Shown: positions 51,290 through 64,000 of the stretch, in pieces
Layout of the letters: each line of letters starts with the position of its first letter
How positions within the stretch are numbered: position 1 is the stretch's first letter
The notes under the pieces: model-generated
Database searches by the model: none
Told to the model about the DNA's origin: nothing
Seen by the model: the letters and a program-made list of their open reading frames with translations, nothing else
Program-made: the position numbers and the translations under genes
Source: Octopus sinensis
Lineage: Eukaryota
Assembly (NCBI RefSeq): GCF_006345805.1
Contig: NC_043010.1
Span: forward strand, 61,504,001 to 61,568,000
Direction: 5' to 3'
Length of the DNA stretch: 64,000 nt

Positions 51290-51940
51290 TCATAGACTGG
51301 TTTTAGTCATTGAATTGCGACCATACTGGAGCACTGACTTGAAAGGTTTTAGGCGAACAAATCAATGTGAGCACCTATTTTTAAGTCTGGTAAAGATTCT
51401 ATTGATATCTTTTGCCGAACTGCAAAGTCACACAGATGTAAACAAACCTACACCAGTTGTTAAGAAATGGCAAGAGCAAACACAGACACACACACACATG
51501 TATGTGTGTATATCTCTCTGCACAAACACACACATACTCACATACACATGCATGTATGTGTGTATATGCCTATACACAAACACATATACACTCACACACA
51601 TGCATGTATGTGTGTATATGTCTATACACAAACACACACATATACATGTATGTGTGTATGTCTATACACACACACACACACACACATGCATGTATGTGTG
51701 TACATGTCTATACACACACACATGCATGTATGTGTGTATATGTCTATACACACACACACACACTCACATATATATAACAGGCTTCTCTAGCCTCCATCAA
51801 CCAAATTCATCCACAAGGCATTAGTTAACCCACGGCTATAGTAGAAGACACTTACCCAAGGTGCTGTACAATGGGATTGAACCCAAAACTACATGGTTGC
51901 AAAGCAAGCCCCTTGACCACACAGACATGCTGGCACCTGT
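51290..51940 (-). mobile_element. Old family A SINE whose internal microsatellite has become a 30-45-bp minisatellite
   Basis: Repeats of cacacatgcatgtatgtgtgtatatgtctata at 51495-51770 between the SINE halves. Confidence 0.75.
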
Positions 51941-52026
51941 AAAACATTTCTTTTTTTTTTTCATTTTGTGTACAAAGTCTTCAAAGCTATATCTAAAATA
52001 TATATATTCCAATATTTGAAGAATAT

Positions 52027-52145
52027 GACTTTGCCTTTCATCCTTTTGAGGTCAATAAATTAAGTACCAGTTGCGTACTGGGGTTGATCTAATTGACTGG
52101 CCCCCTCTCCAAAAAACTCGGTCCTTGTGCCTAGAGTAGAAAAGA
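52027..52145 (+). mobile_element. 5'-truncated family B SINE with TSD
   Basis: aatatttgaagaatat on both sides. Confidence 0.8.
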
Positions 52146-52509
52146 ATATTTGAAGAATATATTTGTCCTTGCATAACAATATCAATACTACAGAACTATA
52201 TTTAAAATATATATTTTAATATTCTAACAACATATTTATCCATCTTTTACAATATAAAGTTTGTATCTAAAATATATTTTTCAATATTTCAACATTATAA
52301 GGTAGAACTATTAACATGCTGGGCAAAATACTTCATGGCATCTCATCCGTCTCTGCATTCTGAGTTCAAATTCCACTATGGCTGACTTTGCTTTTCATCC
52401 TTTTGGGGTCAATAAGATAAGTACCAATTAAGTACCGGGGTCGATGTAATCAACTTAACCCCTCCCCTAAAATTGCTGGCCTTGTGCCAAAATTTGAAAC
52501 TAATATTTC

Positions 52510-52905
52510 AACAAGATATTTGTCCATCTATTACAATATAAATTTTATATCTAAAATATATATTCCAATATGTCACCAATATATTTATTTCACCCTCAAT
52601 TGAGATTTATGTTTTTCTTTATTTCTTCAAACTGAAAAAAAAACAAAAAAAACTATTTGTCACATCAAAGTAATTCTGTCTTCCAGTCCAAAATTTGCAG
52701 AGTCTGAAGAATCATGTAATATATGACAACCATGATGTAATTCCGGCTCACTATTGCACTAAACCTAGATCCCCCATCCCCATCTTTACCAAAGTTTCAA
52801 ATTCTGCTTGCCAAACTATTTTGCTGTCCTTAGGTGGCATTCTTGCTAGATTATTGCATATGACAATTTTCCGGTTGTTAAGTAGGAAACAGGAGACGTA
52901 CTGTG
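52510..52905 (-). repeat. Unclassified interspersed repeat (copy 2 of 6460-6885)
   Basis: Reverse-complement similarity. Confidence 0.7.
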
Positions 52906-53293
52906 TCATAATAACTTGGCTCATTATATTTCTTTCTAGGCACGTTGTCCTTCTTTTCTTAGATGCTATGGTGTAATTTAAGGGAGATCTGGCAGCTACA
53001 TTTAGCAAATTGAGTGACCACAAGACAGGGGGCATGGTGGGGGGCACAGGGTTACAGGCAAAGGGGGTTAATCAATTAAATCAACCTCCAGTGCTAAACT
53101 GGTTTTTATTTCATCAACCCCCAAAATAATGAAAAGCAAAGTTAATTCCAGTGGAATTTGAACTCAGAATGTAGAGACAAACGAAATGCCGTTAAGCATT
53201 TTGTCCAGCATGCTTAATGATTCTGCTCACTCGTCACCCCGATCTGGCTAATTATACAAAAAACTCATAATTATTAGGTACAAAAGTTATAAG

Positions 53294-53490
53294 TGGAGGC
53301 GCGTGGCTTAGTGGTTAGGGCAACGCATTGTGTTCTTAAGCAAAACACTTCATTTCACGTTGCTCCAGTCCACTCAGCTGGCAAAAATGAGTAACGCTGC
53401 GATGGACTGGTGTACCATCTGGCTGGGAAACATATACGCCATGGAAACCGGGCCCATGAGCCTGGCTAGGCTTTACAAGGGTGCAAACGA
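53294..53490 (+). mobile_element. Family D SINE with TSD aaaagttataa
   Basis: tRNA-like head and CATTTCACGTTGCTCCAGTCCACTCAGCTG domain. Confidence 0.75.
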
Positions 53491-53546
53491 AATAAAAGTT
53501 ATAAAGTTATATGGTTGTTAGATAGGGAGAAATAGGCAATGGTAAA

Positions 53547-53616
53547 GTACCCTATTATATGTACCCTATTATATGTACCCTGTTATATGTACCCTGTTAT
53601 ATGTACCTTATTATAT
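53547..53616. repeat. 14-bp minisatellite (gtaccctattatat) x5
   Basis: Seen directly in sequence. Confidence 0.9.
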
Positions 53617-54779
53617 AACTGATGTACATTTTTTAAACATGAGAGAAATGATAAGTAATAAGAACATTAATATATAAACATATAATGTAAATATATATAA
53701 ATTCCTTTTAATGATGTTCATGTTGTTTAGCCCAAGATCAACTCTCATGAAGCTTTCCAACCATGGCCATCATGTCTTTTTTCCAGGCACATTGTTCTTC
53801 TTTTCTTAGATGGTAGGGTGTAATTTAAGAGAAATCTGGCTGCTACTTTTAGCGAATTAAGTGACCACAAGAGAGGTGGTGTGGTGGGGGAAAATGAAGT
53901 AGACACGTGCATATTACTGATATGTGTTTAGTTAACATGAGAGACACGAACTCACAACCCTCATTGTCATCATTCTCCTCCTCCTCACCACCACCACCAT
54001 CACCAGCATCTTACATCCGTTTCTATGCTGGTCAAGGGTTTTGATGGGATATCATCATCATCATCATTTAACGTCTGTTTTCCATGCTGGCCTGGGTCGG
54101 ACAGTTTGACTGAGGTCTGGAAAACCAGTGGCTGCTCCAGGAATTAATCAGACATTATCTTGTAGCTTTGAGATTTCAATGGTGTCATTGTTTATTTTTT
54201 AAATAATATTGCAGGCTAGGTGTGAGAGGCCGGATATGGCCAGTTTGAACTTTAAAATGGGTCGGATATGACTGGTTGAAATGCTAATGTGTTAAATGAG
54301 TTCTAATTTGGGGTTACTGTCCTCTAACATGGCTTAGGGGTCACATCTCACACGTGAGTTCCAGTTTGGGTGTGAGTTTTATGACAGAGAGATGAAAGAG
54401 AAAGATGAGGAGGTGATAGAAGAGGGAGTAAGAGAGGAGGACCAGAGTGAGAGGAATGAGGGTAATAAGGAGGAGAGAGAGAGAAAGAGAGAGAGAGTTA
54501 CATGGTGGTTATGGATAAAGAGATTAAATAGAGAAACAGTACGAGTAGAATGATGGGAAAGAAAGAGTAATGGAAAGAAACAGGATGTGGGAGAGTGGGG
54601 TGATGGTATGGGAGAGAGAATGCTGGAGTGATAGAGGAATGAGAGAGGAAGGAGGAATGAGAAGATGGTGGCTAGCTATAAAGATAGGAGAGAATAAATA
54701 AAGAATAGATGCAATATTATCCATCATTGATAACACTGGCAGCATGATGAGAGAGAGAAAGAGGAAGAGAGAATGAGAT

Positions 54780-54812
<33 letters not shown>

Positions 54813-56480
54813 CAGGGAATGTACCACATGTAGACATAATGTTGGCATAACAGAGAAGAGAGAGTGAAATCCTCCTCATTTAATCATTGCCATGTGGGCA
54901 TGGGTCGGACATTTTGACAGGAGCCAGCAAACCAGAGGACTGTGCCAAGCTCCAGCGTCTACTTTGGTATTGCTTCTAAGTCTGGATACCCTCCCTAATG
55001 AACTGAGTGCTTCTTTATGTTGGGACCAGCATTTGCAGGGTCACCAAGTCACCTCAACTGAGGGGGGGGGGAGTAGTGTTGAGGGAAGTGGCTTTACACC
55101 AGGTGATGAGAGATTAAAATATGATAGAGGTAACATGAAGGGAAAACACACGTTTACCCCAGATGAAAAAAAATGGTGGTGAAGATGTGTCTAGGTATAT
55201 GCTTAATTTAAAATGTAATTATTAAATGTCTCAGCCCTCCATCACCTCCACTGACATTTTAAAGTCTTTTTCCAACATTACCATACAGTTAAGTATATCT
55301 TCTCCAGTGTACTGTCACACCACTTGCTGTAAGCTTTTTATCATCTCCCATGGAGGCTTACTGAAACTGAAACTGTCTTCCCCACTTCACCCCCACATCT
55401 TCTTAGGTCTCCTTCTTCCACAGGTTTCATCTGCATGGAACACCAGGCACTTTTTTTTTTTACATCTGACATCCTGCACACACACCACATGCCTCTACCA
55501 ATCTAATCTTTTCTCTCACACACTTCATCTAATTTCTCTAGCATCCAACTTTTCTCTCAGCTCATTTGTGCCTTAATGTTTAAGCACACAAGCATTCAAC
55601 AGAACTTGCTCACCTCTTCTGTTTCCAGTTTTAGCAAATCCTCAGTATTTAAGGCACTGTATTTAGCAACCAAGCATGAAACTAAAAATATGCCCTATCT
55701 CTAACGGGACAAAAATTACTAAAGATCACTTCTCTACTTAATTTGTAATGGGACAAAACGATTATACAACACCTCTGTACTTTAATCTCTACCAGGGAAA
55801 AATTTATCACAGATCTGCTGGGACATATTGGCAGATCCAAATCTATATTTTAAGCTGACCAAAAATGTTTATAATTTTTTTAGGATTTATAAAAGGATTA
55901 ATTTATGTGAGGGTGAGGAAGATTCTCCCGTACCGGTGTATCGTTATTTAATTACAGCATATTAAAATATAAAAATATTGTGGTCAATGATGTAAATAAA
56001 CATTTAAGAAAGTACTAATTTTTTTAATAATCACGATATTTTGGATAGATGTATGGAAATGTGATATTGTGACGTTCATGCCTTTACCAGAATGTTTAAG
56101 TAGAAACAAGATGGAAGACGTGATAGAAAAAACATTTTCAGCCTCGTATGTAACGCTGCAATGTTAGAATTTCATCAACACGTTTTTTAGATATCGTCAT
56201 TGTTTACCAAATTTCATTGTAATAACATTTAAGTTGATTATTAAAAATAATAATTTAAAACTGAAAAAGGAAAAAAAACTATAATTTCTTCCGCTTCATT
56301 AAATCAAAAAAATATATTTTTGATAGAATAGTTCCGCATAGGAATGAACGAAGGTTTTTTAAAAAATATCAAATCAAATATTAAACTTCGATCATAAATG
56401 TAAAAGTAAAACACAAAAAGATTTAATAAAAATATGAAAAGATTTTAGAGCGCGCCAAAAATAAATAGTTTATCCAATCA

Positions 56481-57215
56481 GTTTTTTACGTGTCTTGTTT
56501 TTTGTACACATTGAAGCGTAAAACGAAAGTGTACGGAGGCGTAGCAGGTTTAATGAGATATTTATTATATTAGATTCGACCAATTTAGTATTTAATAAGT
56601 CAACAGTTTTTTATCCTTTATTCTAAAATATAAATATATACAAATATAAATTCATATTTCAGTCATTTGTTTTATAAATGATTGAATTTTTCCCATGAAA
56701 ATATAACAACGTGTTTTTTACGTTCTCCTCCCACTATGCTTCGCTCTACTCTGCCTGCCACTACATCGACAGCGACAAAATACTAATGAGCTATTATATT
56801 AAATGTTTGATTCAGCGAATTTAGTATGTAATAAATCAGCAATTTTTTAAAATAAAATATTTATGTGAACATAAATTCACGCTTCACTAAATTTATTACA
56901 AATTACAGATTTTTGCCAGTACATGTTTTTTACGCTCCCCTTTCACTGTTTCCTTCTACTCTGCCTACCACCACAGCTACAGTACGAGACACTAATGACA
57001 TATGTATTATATTAAACGTATTAGACTCAACTAATTTACTATTCAATAAATCAACAGATTTTTCCCCTCTTTTCAAAAATATGAAATCACATTTTACTCA
57101 TTTGTTTTCTCAAACGACTGAAAATCTCCCATGAAAATACACAGCAACGTGTTTTTTACGCTCTCCTCCCACTACGCTTCCATCTACTCTGCCTACCGCC
57201 ACCACCACCGAGCAG
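56481..57215 (+). repeat. Degenerate tandem repeat, about 220-bp unit, 3-4 copies
   Basis: Anchor GTTTTTTACG at 56481, 56713, 56925 and 57151, followed (last three copies) by CTCC..CACT..CTACTCTGCCT. Confidence 0.8.
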
Positions 57216-57900
57216 TGGTAAACGTTGAATCTACATTCAGTGCGGGTCTACAGCGTATGTGGCGTATATGTCTATATGTATGTGTGTGTATGTGTCGTGT
57301 TACTTCCCTTTGTTTACTTTCTCCCTCCCTTCTCGACATCTGAGTCACTCAAGTTTCTTGGAAAAAAAACTCTGTAAATAAAACAACTGCACAAACCGTC
57401 TGTCTGTGTGTCACATTATCTCCCCTGCTCACTCTAAGACGATGTTTTTTTAACTTTTTACCAGGCAATAAGCTCCATGTACTCGCTACTCCTCCACTCC
57501 GCCAACAGAAACACTTAAAAAACAAACAAACATCAACTACACTAAACTATTAATTTTTTGTTAAAGCAATAGTGCTTCTGCCGAAAGAGACTGTCTGCAG
57601 GTCTGTATTGCTCTTTCGTCTCCTCTCAACAACCGGAAAGATAAATAACACTTCTTCTCCCTCTCCACCCCTTAAAAAGAAAAAACAAGCAGCAATTTCC
57701 TATCTTCTATAATTACAAAGTGGGGTGCGGCGGTGGCTCGAACTGGCAGGGACGGGGGAAGGCAAGGGAAAGTCAATTTTACTCGGTAATTTTGCGGGTT
57801 ATTTTTTATATATTTATTTAATTTATTTTTTTCGGGTCAGCTCCGATTCCAACCTCCCCCACCACCACTTTGTAATATTCTCTTTCTTATATCCTCTCTT
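57150..57900. promoter_or_regulatory. Candidate TATA-less promoter / 5' UTR region
   Basis: Unique, TE-free, CpG-containing; Inr-like TTCAGT at 57236-57241, AP-1 TGAGTCA at 57341; strand not resolved. Confidence 0.35.
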
Positions 57901-58399
57901 CAGTTTTTTTTCATAACCCTCCTTCCGTATTTCTCTCTTTCCATCAATTCCAATAGTTCCTCGACCGTTTTTAAAAAGTCTAGCAAAGATATTTCTCTTA
58001 GAGTCCCATCCTAGCTTCTAATTTAATTCATACCATCACATCGCTCTCTCTCTCTCTTTCATTCTCCATCTTTCTCTCTCTCCATCAATTATCCACTTTC
58101 TCTATTCAAACGTGAAGTTATTTCATTCTTGAAAGTCTGTGTATGTGCAATTATATATATATATATATATATATATAGATGCGTGTGTTTATAAGAATAA
58201 TTGTTTCGTTTTTATTTTAAAAGTTAATGAAATGAAAGTGTCAAAAAAAAAGTTCATAAAATCAAATATCTCCTTTGAAATATTAATGTTTGTTAACAAT
58301 TAATCTGGACCGTCCGGATTCGATATTCATTTTCTAATTTATATATATATATATATAGATATATATATTTGTATAAATGATATGTTTTTTGAGAAACAA

Positions 58400-59200
58400 A
58401 ACAAAATGTCCTGATTCTGTAGAATCTGGTCAAAAGACAGCCCAAGCGCTTTTCTCTTTGACCATACCGAAAATTCCTCGCTTTGCTAATATATACGTAA
58501 ATATGATGATGAAGTGGAAAATGTCTGCATCCAAGAGCTGTTATTGGTCGTTCTAGGTATTTGTGTGTTTACAGGAATGTCTGTGGCTAGCTGCTATACC
58601 AACGCGTGTCATGCCAAGCTGCTGAGGAGGCAGTCAGGCACGATCCTACACCACTGGCCATTCTGGAATATGGTTGACACTTTCATATATGGCTCCAGCC
58701 GCGTGTCTGTGTCTCAAGTGTCTTGCCTGGCTTTTTATTATTTTCTATTGCATCGTTTGAAGTTATGTGAGAAGGGCTTGAGCCAATGGTCAGTCGTCAA
58801 AGACATGGGAGGATGTTTTCAACTAATCCCTTTCGTTCCCGCTCCCAACTTGATCCAGTCCGTCTGTCAATGGTGAACTGACCACGAAGACGTGCACGAA
58901 AGAGAAAGTAAAAATACAAGAAAAAAGGCGTGTTTCGCCATCAACTTAAGGTTAGTCTCTCGTCGGCAGACTTTGGCCTTCCCTCTCCATTGGTCAGTCT
59001 ATAGTAAAAAGGAGGGAAGACGGATGGAGGAGTGGAAGGCAATGCTGAATAGCATTTGGGTCAATTATGTTAAGATGGTCGGTGTGGCCATAGTGTCACG
59101 TGTTAGACATTCTATAGAAATATGGTTGACCGGAGCCATGCCATTGTGGCACTGGCTGGAATATATTCGCTTTGGGCGAGTGGGATTGGTTTCTAGGCGT
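58400..59200. promoter_or_regulatory. Candidate enhancer with repeated motifs
   Basis: Seven GGTCA/TGACC pentamers; duplicated AATATGGTTGAC and CCAWTGGTCAGTC. Confidence 0.4.
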
Positions 59201-59286
59201 TTGTGTGTGCGTGTGTGTACAAATATAATATACATACACTTAGATATTTATCATTACATTCACCTACCTATCTATCTATCTGTCTG

Positions 59287-59318
<32 letters not shown>

Positions 59319-59380
59319 CCTAATTATCTATTTATCTATCTATTATATAATCAGATGTATGATAGTGTATTTACACACAC

Positions 59381-60537
59381 ATATATATATATATATATAT
59401 TTGAAAGTGTTTATATAAAGGTTTTCAATTAAGTAATTAAAGTACACAAACACAATATCAGGAACTAATTCATACACTTTATCTATGTTTGTATATTTAT
59501 GTATTCATTAATTTTCTGATATTTTTGTATTTATTATGTAACATGTGCAGATAATTTTCTACACATGTATTGATATACCATGGATATATGTGTGTGTGTT
59601 TATATACACACACACATGCATGCATGTAAATAAATGTAAATATATGTATATATATTTAGATATAAATACGTGTTTGTATATATATGTGTGTGTTTGTGCA
59701 TGTATATCTATGTATTTGTATTTAGGTATGTTTATTTGCATGCAGGTGTGTGCATATATGTATATGTATGTATGAATATAAGGTATAACTACATATAGAT
59801 ATATATATAATGTAGATTTTGTACGTATGTGTATCATAATCGTTTAACGTCCGTTTTCCATCCTGGCATGGGTTGGATGGTTTGATATGGAGCTGTCCAG
59901 ACTCTAATTGCCATTGGAGGCATGGTTTCTAATTTATGTGTGTGTGTATGTATGTATGTGTATATATATATATATATATATTTGAAAGTGTTTATATAAA
60001 GGTTTTCAATTAAGTAATTAAAGTACACAAACACAATATCAGGAACTAATTCATACACTTTATCTATGTTTGTATATTTATGTATTCATTAATTTTCTGA
60101 TATTTTTGTATTTATTATGTAACATGTGCAGATAATTTTCTACACATGTATTGATATACCATGGATATATGTGTGTGTGTTTATATACACACACACATGC
60201 ATGCATGTAAATAAATGTAAATATATGTATATATATTTAGATATAAATACGTGTTTGTATATATATGTGTGTGTTTGTGCATGTATATCTATGTATTTGT
60301 ATTTAGGTATGTTTATTTGCATGCAGGTGTGTGCATATATGTATATGTATGTATGAATATAAGGTATAACTACATATAGATATATATATAATGTAGATTT
60401 TGTACGTATGTGTATCATAATCGTTTAACGTCCGTTTTCCATCCTGGCATGGGTTGGATGGTTTGATATGGAGCTGTCCAGACTCTAATTGCCATTGGAG
60501 GCATGGTTTCTAATTTATGTGTGTGTGTATGTATGTA

Positions 60538-60562
<25 letters not shown>
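59381..60562 (+). repeat. Tandem duplication, 581-bp unit x2
   Basis: 59401-59960 appears identical to 59982-60541; boundaries are (TA)n tracts. Confidence 0.95.
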
Positions 60563-60568
<6 letters not shown>

Positions 60569-60690
60569 CATATATGTATGTATATAAATAATATATATAA
60601 TATATGTATATATATATATGTATATATATATATATAATATATATATTTGTATGTATATAAATAATATATATAATATATGTATATATATGG

Positions 60691-60747
<57 letters not shown>

Positions 60748-60773
60748 CTATATATATATAATTTATACATATA

Positions 60774-60806
<33 letters not shown>

Positions 60807-60853
60807 TCATATATATATATATATTCATATATATATATATATATGTATATTTA

Positions 60854-60888
<35 letters not shown>

Positions 60889-60990
60889 CTATATATATAT
60901 ATTCATATATGATATATATGTATATTTATGTATATATTATATATATAATATATTCATATATGATATATATGTATATTTATGTATATATTC

Positions 60991-61029
<39 letters not shown>

Positions 61030-61418
61030 TATATGTATGTATATTCTGTACATATGTATATAGATATATATGCATATATATTATATATATACATATATGT
61101 ATATGGAGATATATATGTGTGTGTGTGATATTTGTTCTTATGTATATTTTTTGTGTGTATGTGTGTCTGAATATATATATATATAAATACACATGTACAC
61201 ATACATATTCATATATACAGGCATGCATATATATGCATATCCATCCCCTGCCAGCATGGAAAATAAAAGTTAAATGATGATTTTGTATATATATTTCTGT
61301 GCATATGTGTGTGTGTATGCATATATATATAGAGAAATAGATAGAATGTTGAATAGATATACATGTATCCACATAAGGATATCTATGTGATATATTTATA
61401 TCTGTATATGATCTGAGC

Positions 61419-61450
<32 letters not shown>

Positions 61451-61583
61451 ATACATACATACATAATGTATATATATTTGTATATATGTAATATACACAT
61501 GTGCGCGTATATGGGAAAATGAAATGAGAATGTAGTAAGAAATAGCCTGTCATTATACATACACAAATATGTACATACATACA

Positions 61584-61685
<102 letters not shown>

Positions 61686-62174
61686 TGATGTTGTGTGTGT
61701 ATATACATTAAGTTTTTTTTATAATCTAAATCTTCTTGGCAGGGATTATACCCTTCAAATTCCTAACTGCCTTTCCCACACATCTTTATGCTTTTTCCAA
61801 GGGTAACACATTTGTGTGGTGTGTATATAAATGTAAACGCTTTCCTGAATAAATTTGCAATTCATTCTGTATCACCTCATAGTTCTGATGAAACTCTAGG
61901 GTGAGACACAAGAACTCGATAATGCGTGCATTGCAGAAACAGCTGTAAGCTAATAAAGTGCTGTACATGATTTCTTATTCCCTTCCCATTAATTTAATTC
62001 CTTACCACTGCTCGGTACTCAACTGACTCTCTGTTCTAAAGCATATGTGTATTTAGTTCTAACACCAGGTTACTAGTATCACTATACCTAAGTGAAATTA
62101 TAAAATATTTATCAGTATGATGAAATTAAATAATTACATATGTATAAGTTAAATATTTTTGCTATACATATATA

Positions 62175-62220
<46 letters not shown>

Positions 62221-62449
62221 ATGACATAATATATTTATGTAATATGTGATATTTATCTAATGTATATTACATAAATATATACACATATCTGTGTATGTAT
62301 CTGCATCTATCTATCTATCTATCTATCTATCTATATATATGTATGTATGTATATGTATGTATATATAAATAATATATAATATATGTATATATGTGGTATA
62401 TGTATGTTTATATATATATACATATATATATATTATATAATATATATAT

Positions 62450-62489
<40 letters not shown>

Positions 62490-62492
<3 letters not shown>

Positions 62493-62772
62493 AGTGGATT
62501 GGTAGACGGAAACTGAAAGAAGCCCGTCGTATATATGTATATATATATGAGTGTATGTGTGTCTGTGTTTGTCCCCCTAGCATTGCTTGACAACCGATAC
62601 TGGTGTGTTTATGTCCCCGTTACTTAGCGATTCGGCAAAAGAGAACGATAGAATAAATACTGGGCTTACAAAAGAATAAGTCCCGGGATCGAATTGCTTG
62701 ATTAAAGGCGGTGCTCCAGCATGGCCGCAGTCAAATGACTGAAACAAGTAAAAGAGTAAAGAGAGTAAAGAG

Positions 62773-62773
<1 letters not shown>
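62490..62773 (+). mobile_element. SINE family A, 5' truncated
   Basis: gtgagtggattggtagacggaaactg...(GAGTAAA)n tail. Confidence 0.85.
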
Positions 62774-62830
<57 letters not shown>

Positions 62831-63380
62831 ATATATATTATCAATAATATAATTAATTATTTTACCAATTTACCAAGTAGTGTTCAGTATGTAAAAAGAC
62901 CATTTATACATATATACTGTATATATATATAATATATATATATATATTTACACACACACACATATATATATTACTGTTTCTATTTACATGAAGTTATATT
63001 CACATGCAGTGTAACATTAATTTTAGAGATTACTGTCAGCATTTTCCTTGTAAAAATTTACATATGGTATATACTTACATACGTTTCATTATATATATAA
63101 CATACAAATATATTTATATAAATATGAAATGTTTCATTACACACACACACACACATACATATAAAATGTACACATATGTACATGCATATATATATACATG
63201 CAGATTAATTTCATCTTATATATTCATAAATAAATATCCATATATGTATGCATGTATCTGTATATATCAAGGTATATATATATACACACACACATACACA
63301 CAACACACACACCACACACAGATAGATACATACATACAAATTAGCTTTATCTTATATATTCATACATAAATAATAGATAT

Positions 63381-63428
<48 letters not shown>

Positions 63429-63591
63429 TATTATATATATGCATCTTTTAGCTTGTCAACTCCTCGCAGCGTTTCACCCCTGGTGCCACTGAAGGGGATG
63501 CAATATTGTTGTTAAGGTGCGAAACTGCTTTTGATACTCTGGCCAATAATGGATGAGGAGTTGGTAACCTATGTTTTTAACTCATTATATA

Positions 63592-63633
<42 letters not shown>

Positions 63634-64000
63634 CATGCATACATACATACATACATACATACATACATACATACATACATACATGTAAAATAAATGAATT
63701 ATATTATATATATATATATAAGTGTATGTCTGTATATATATATATGCATATATAATTAATATTCATATAAAGCAAATATAAAATTTAAAAAAAATATATA
63801 CATACACACACATACATATTATACATATGTCTGTTTTATTTACATTTGTAATATTTATATGATGAATATAATATACTATAATAAATGTATATGTGTGTGC
63901 TTATATATATACATACAGCTCTATATAAATATATATATATATGTATGTATGTATTATAACATTATATGACATATATTATACATATCACATTTGTATGCCT

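Noticed and set aside
58514-59323. Two adjacent ORFs of 120 and 143 aa
   Set aside because: Non-ATG starts, no recognisable domain or splice pattern, and the second ends in a microsatellite; treated as non-coding.

Overview
AT-rich, repeat-dense metazoan DNA. The SINE families, RTE LINEs with (GAT)n tails and very long (TA)n/(CA)n/(TACA)n tracts look like an octopus (coleoid cephalopod) genome; this is inferred from repeat recognition. No complete host protein-coding gene is visible, and almost all ORFs in the track are microsatellite or SINE artefacts. The window is mostly a mosaic of at least four tRNA-derived SINE families, many RTE LINE 3' ends (two with readable ORF2 remnants), decayed BovB-like RTE, Gypsy, HERO-like, mariner and maT remnants, three non-autonomous Helitrons, and hAT and piggyBac-type MITEs. 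Items not explained by ordinary repeats: (1) hammerhead-ribozyme cores, one fused behind a tRNA-like Pol III head (19.6-20.0 kb) and one complete type-I fold inside a long hairpin (41.2 kb); (2) a minus-strand TATA+Inr promoter with a 65-nt first exon at about 15.86 kb, plus candidate further exons; (3) three tandem duplications with breakpoints in microsatellites; (4) an inverted duplication that preserves the empty site of an RTE insertion; (5) a nearly TE-free, regulatory-looking block at 55.7-59.2 kb. All calls were made by eye, and TE edges are approximate.
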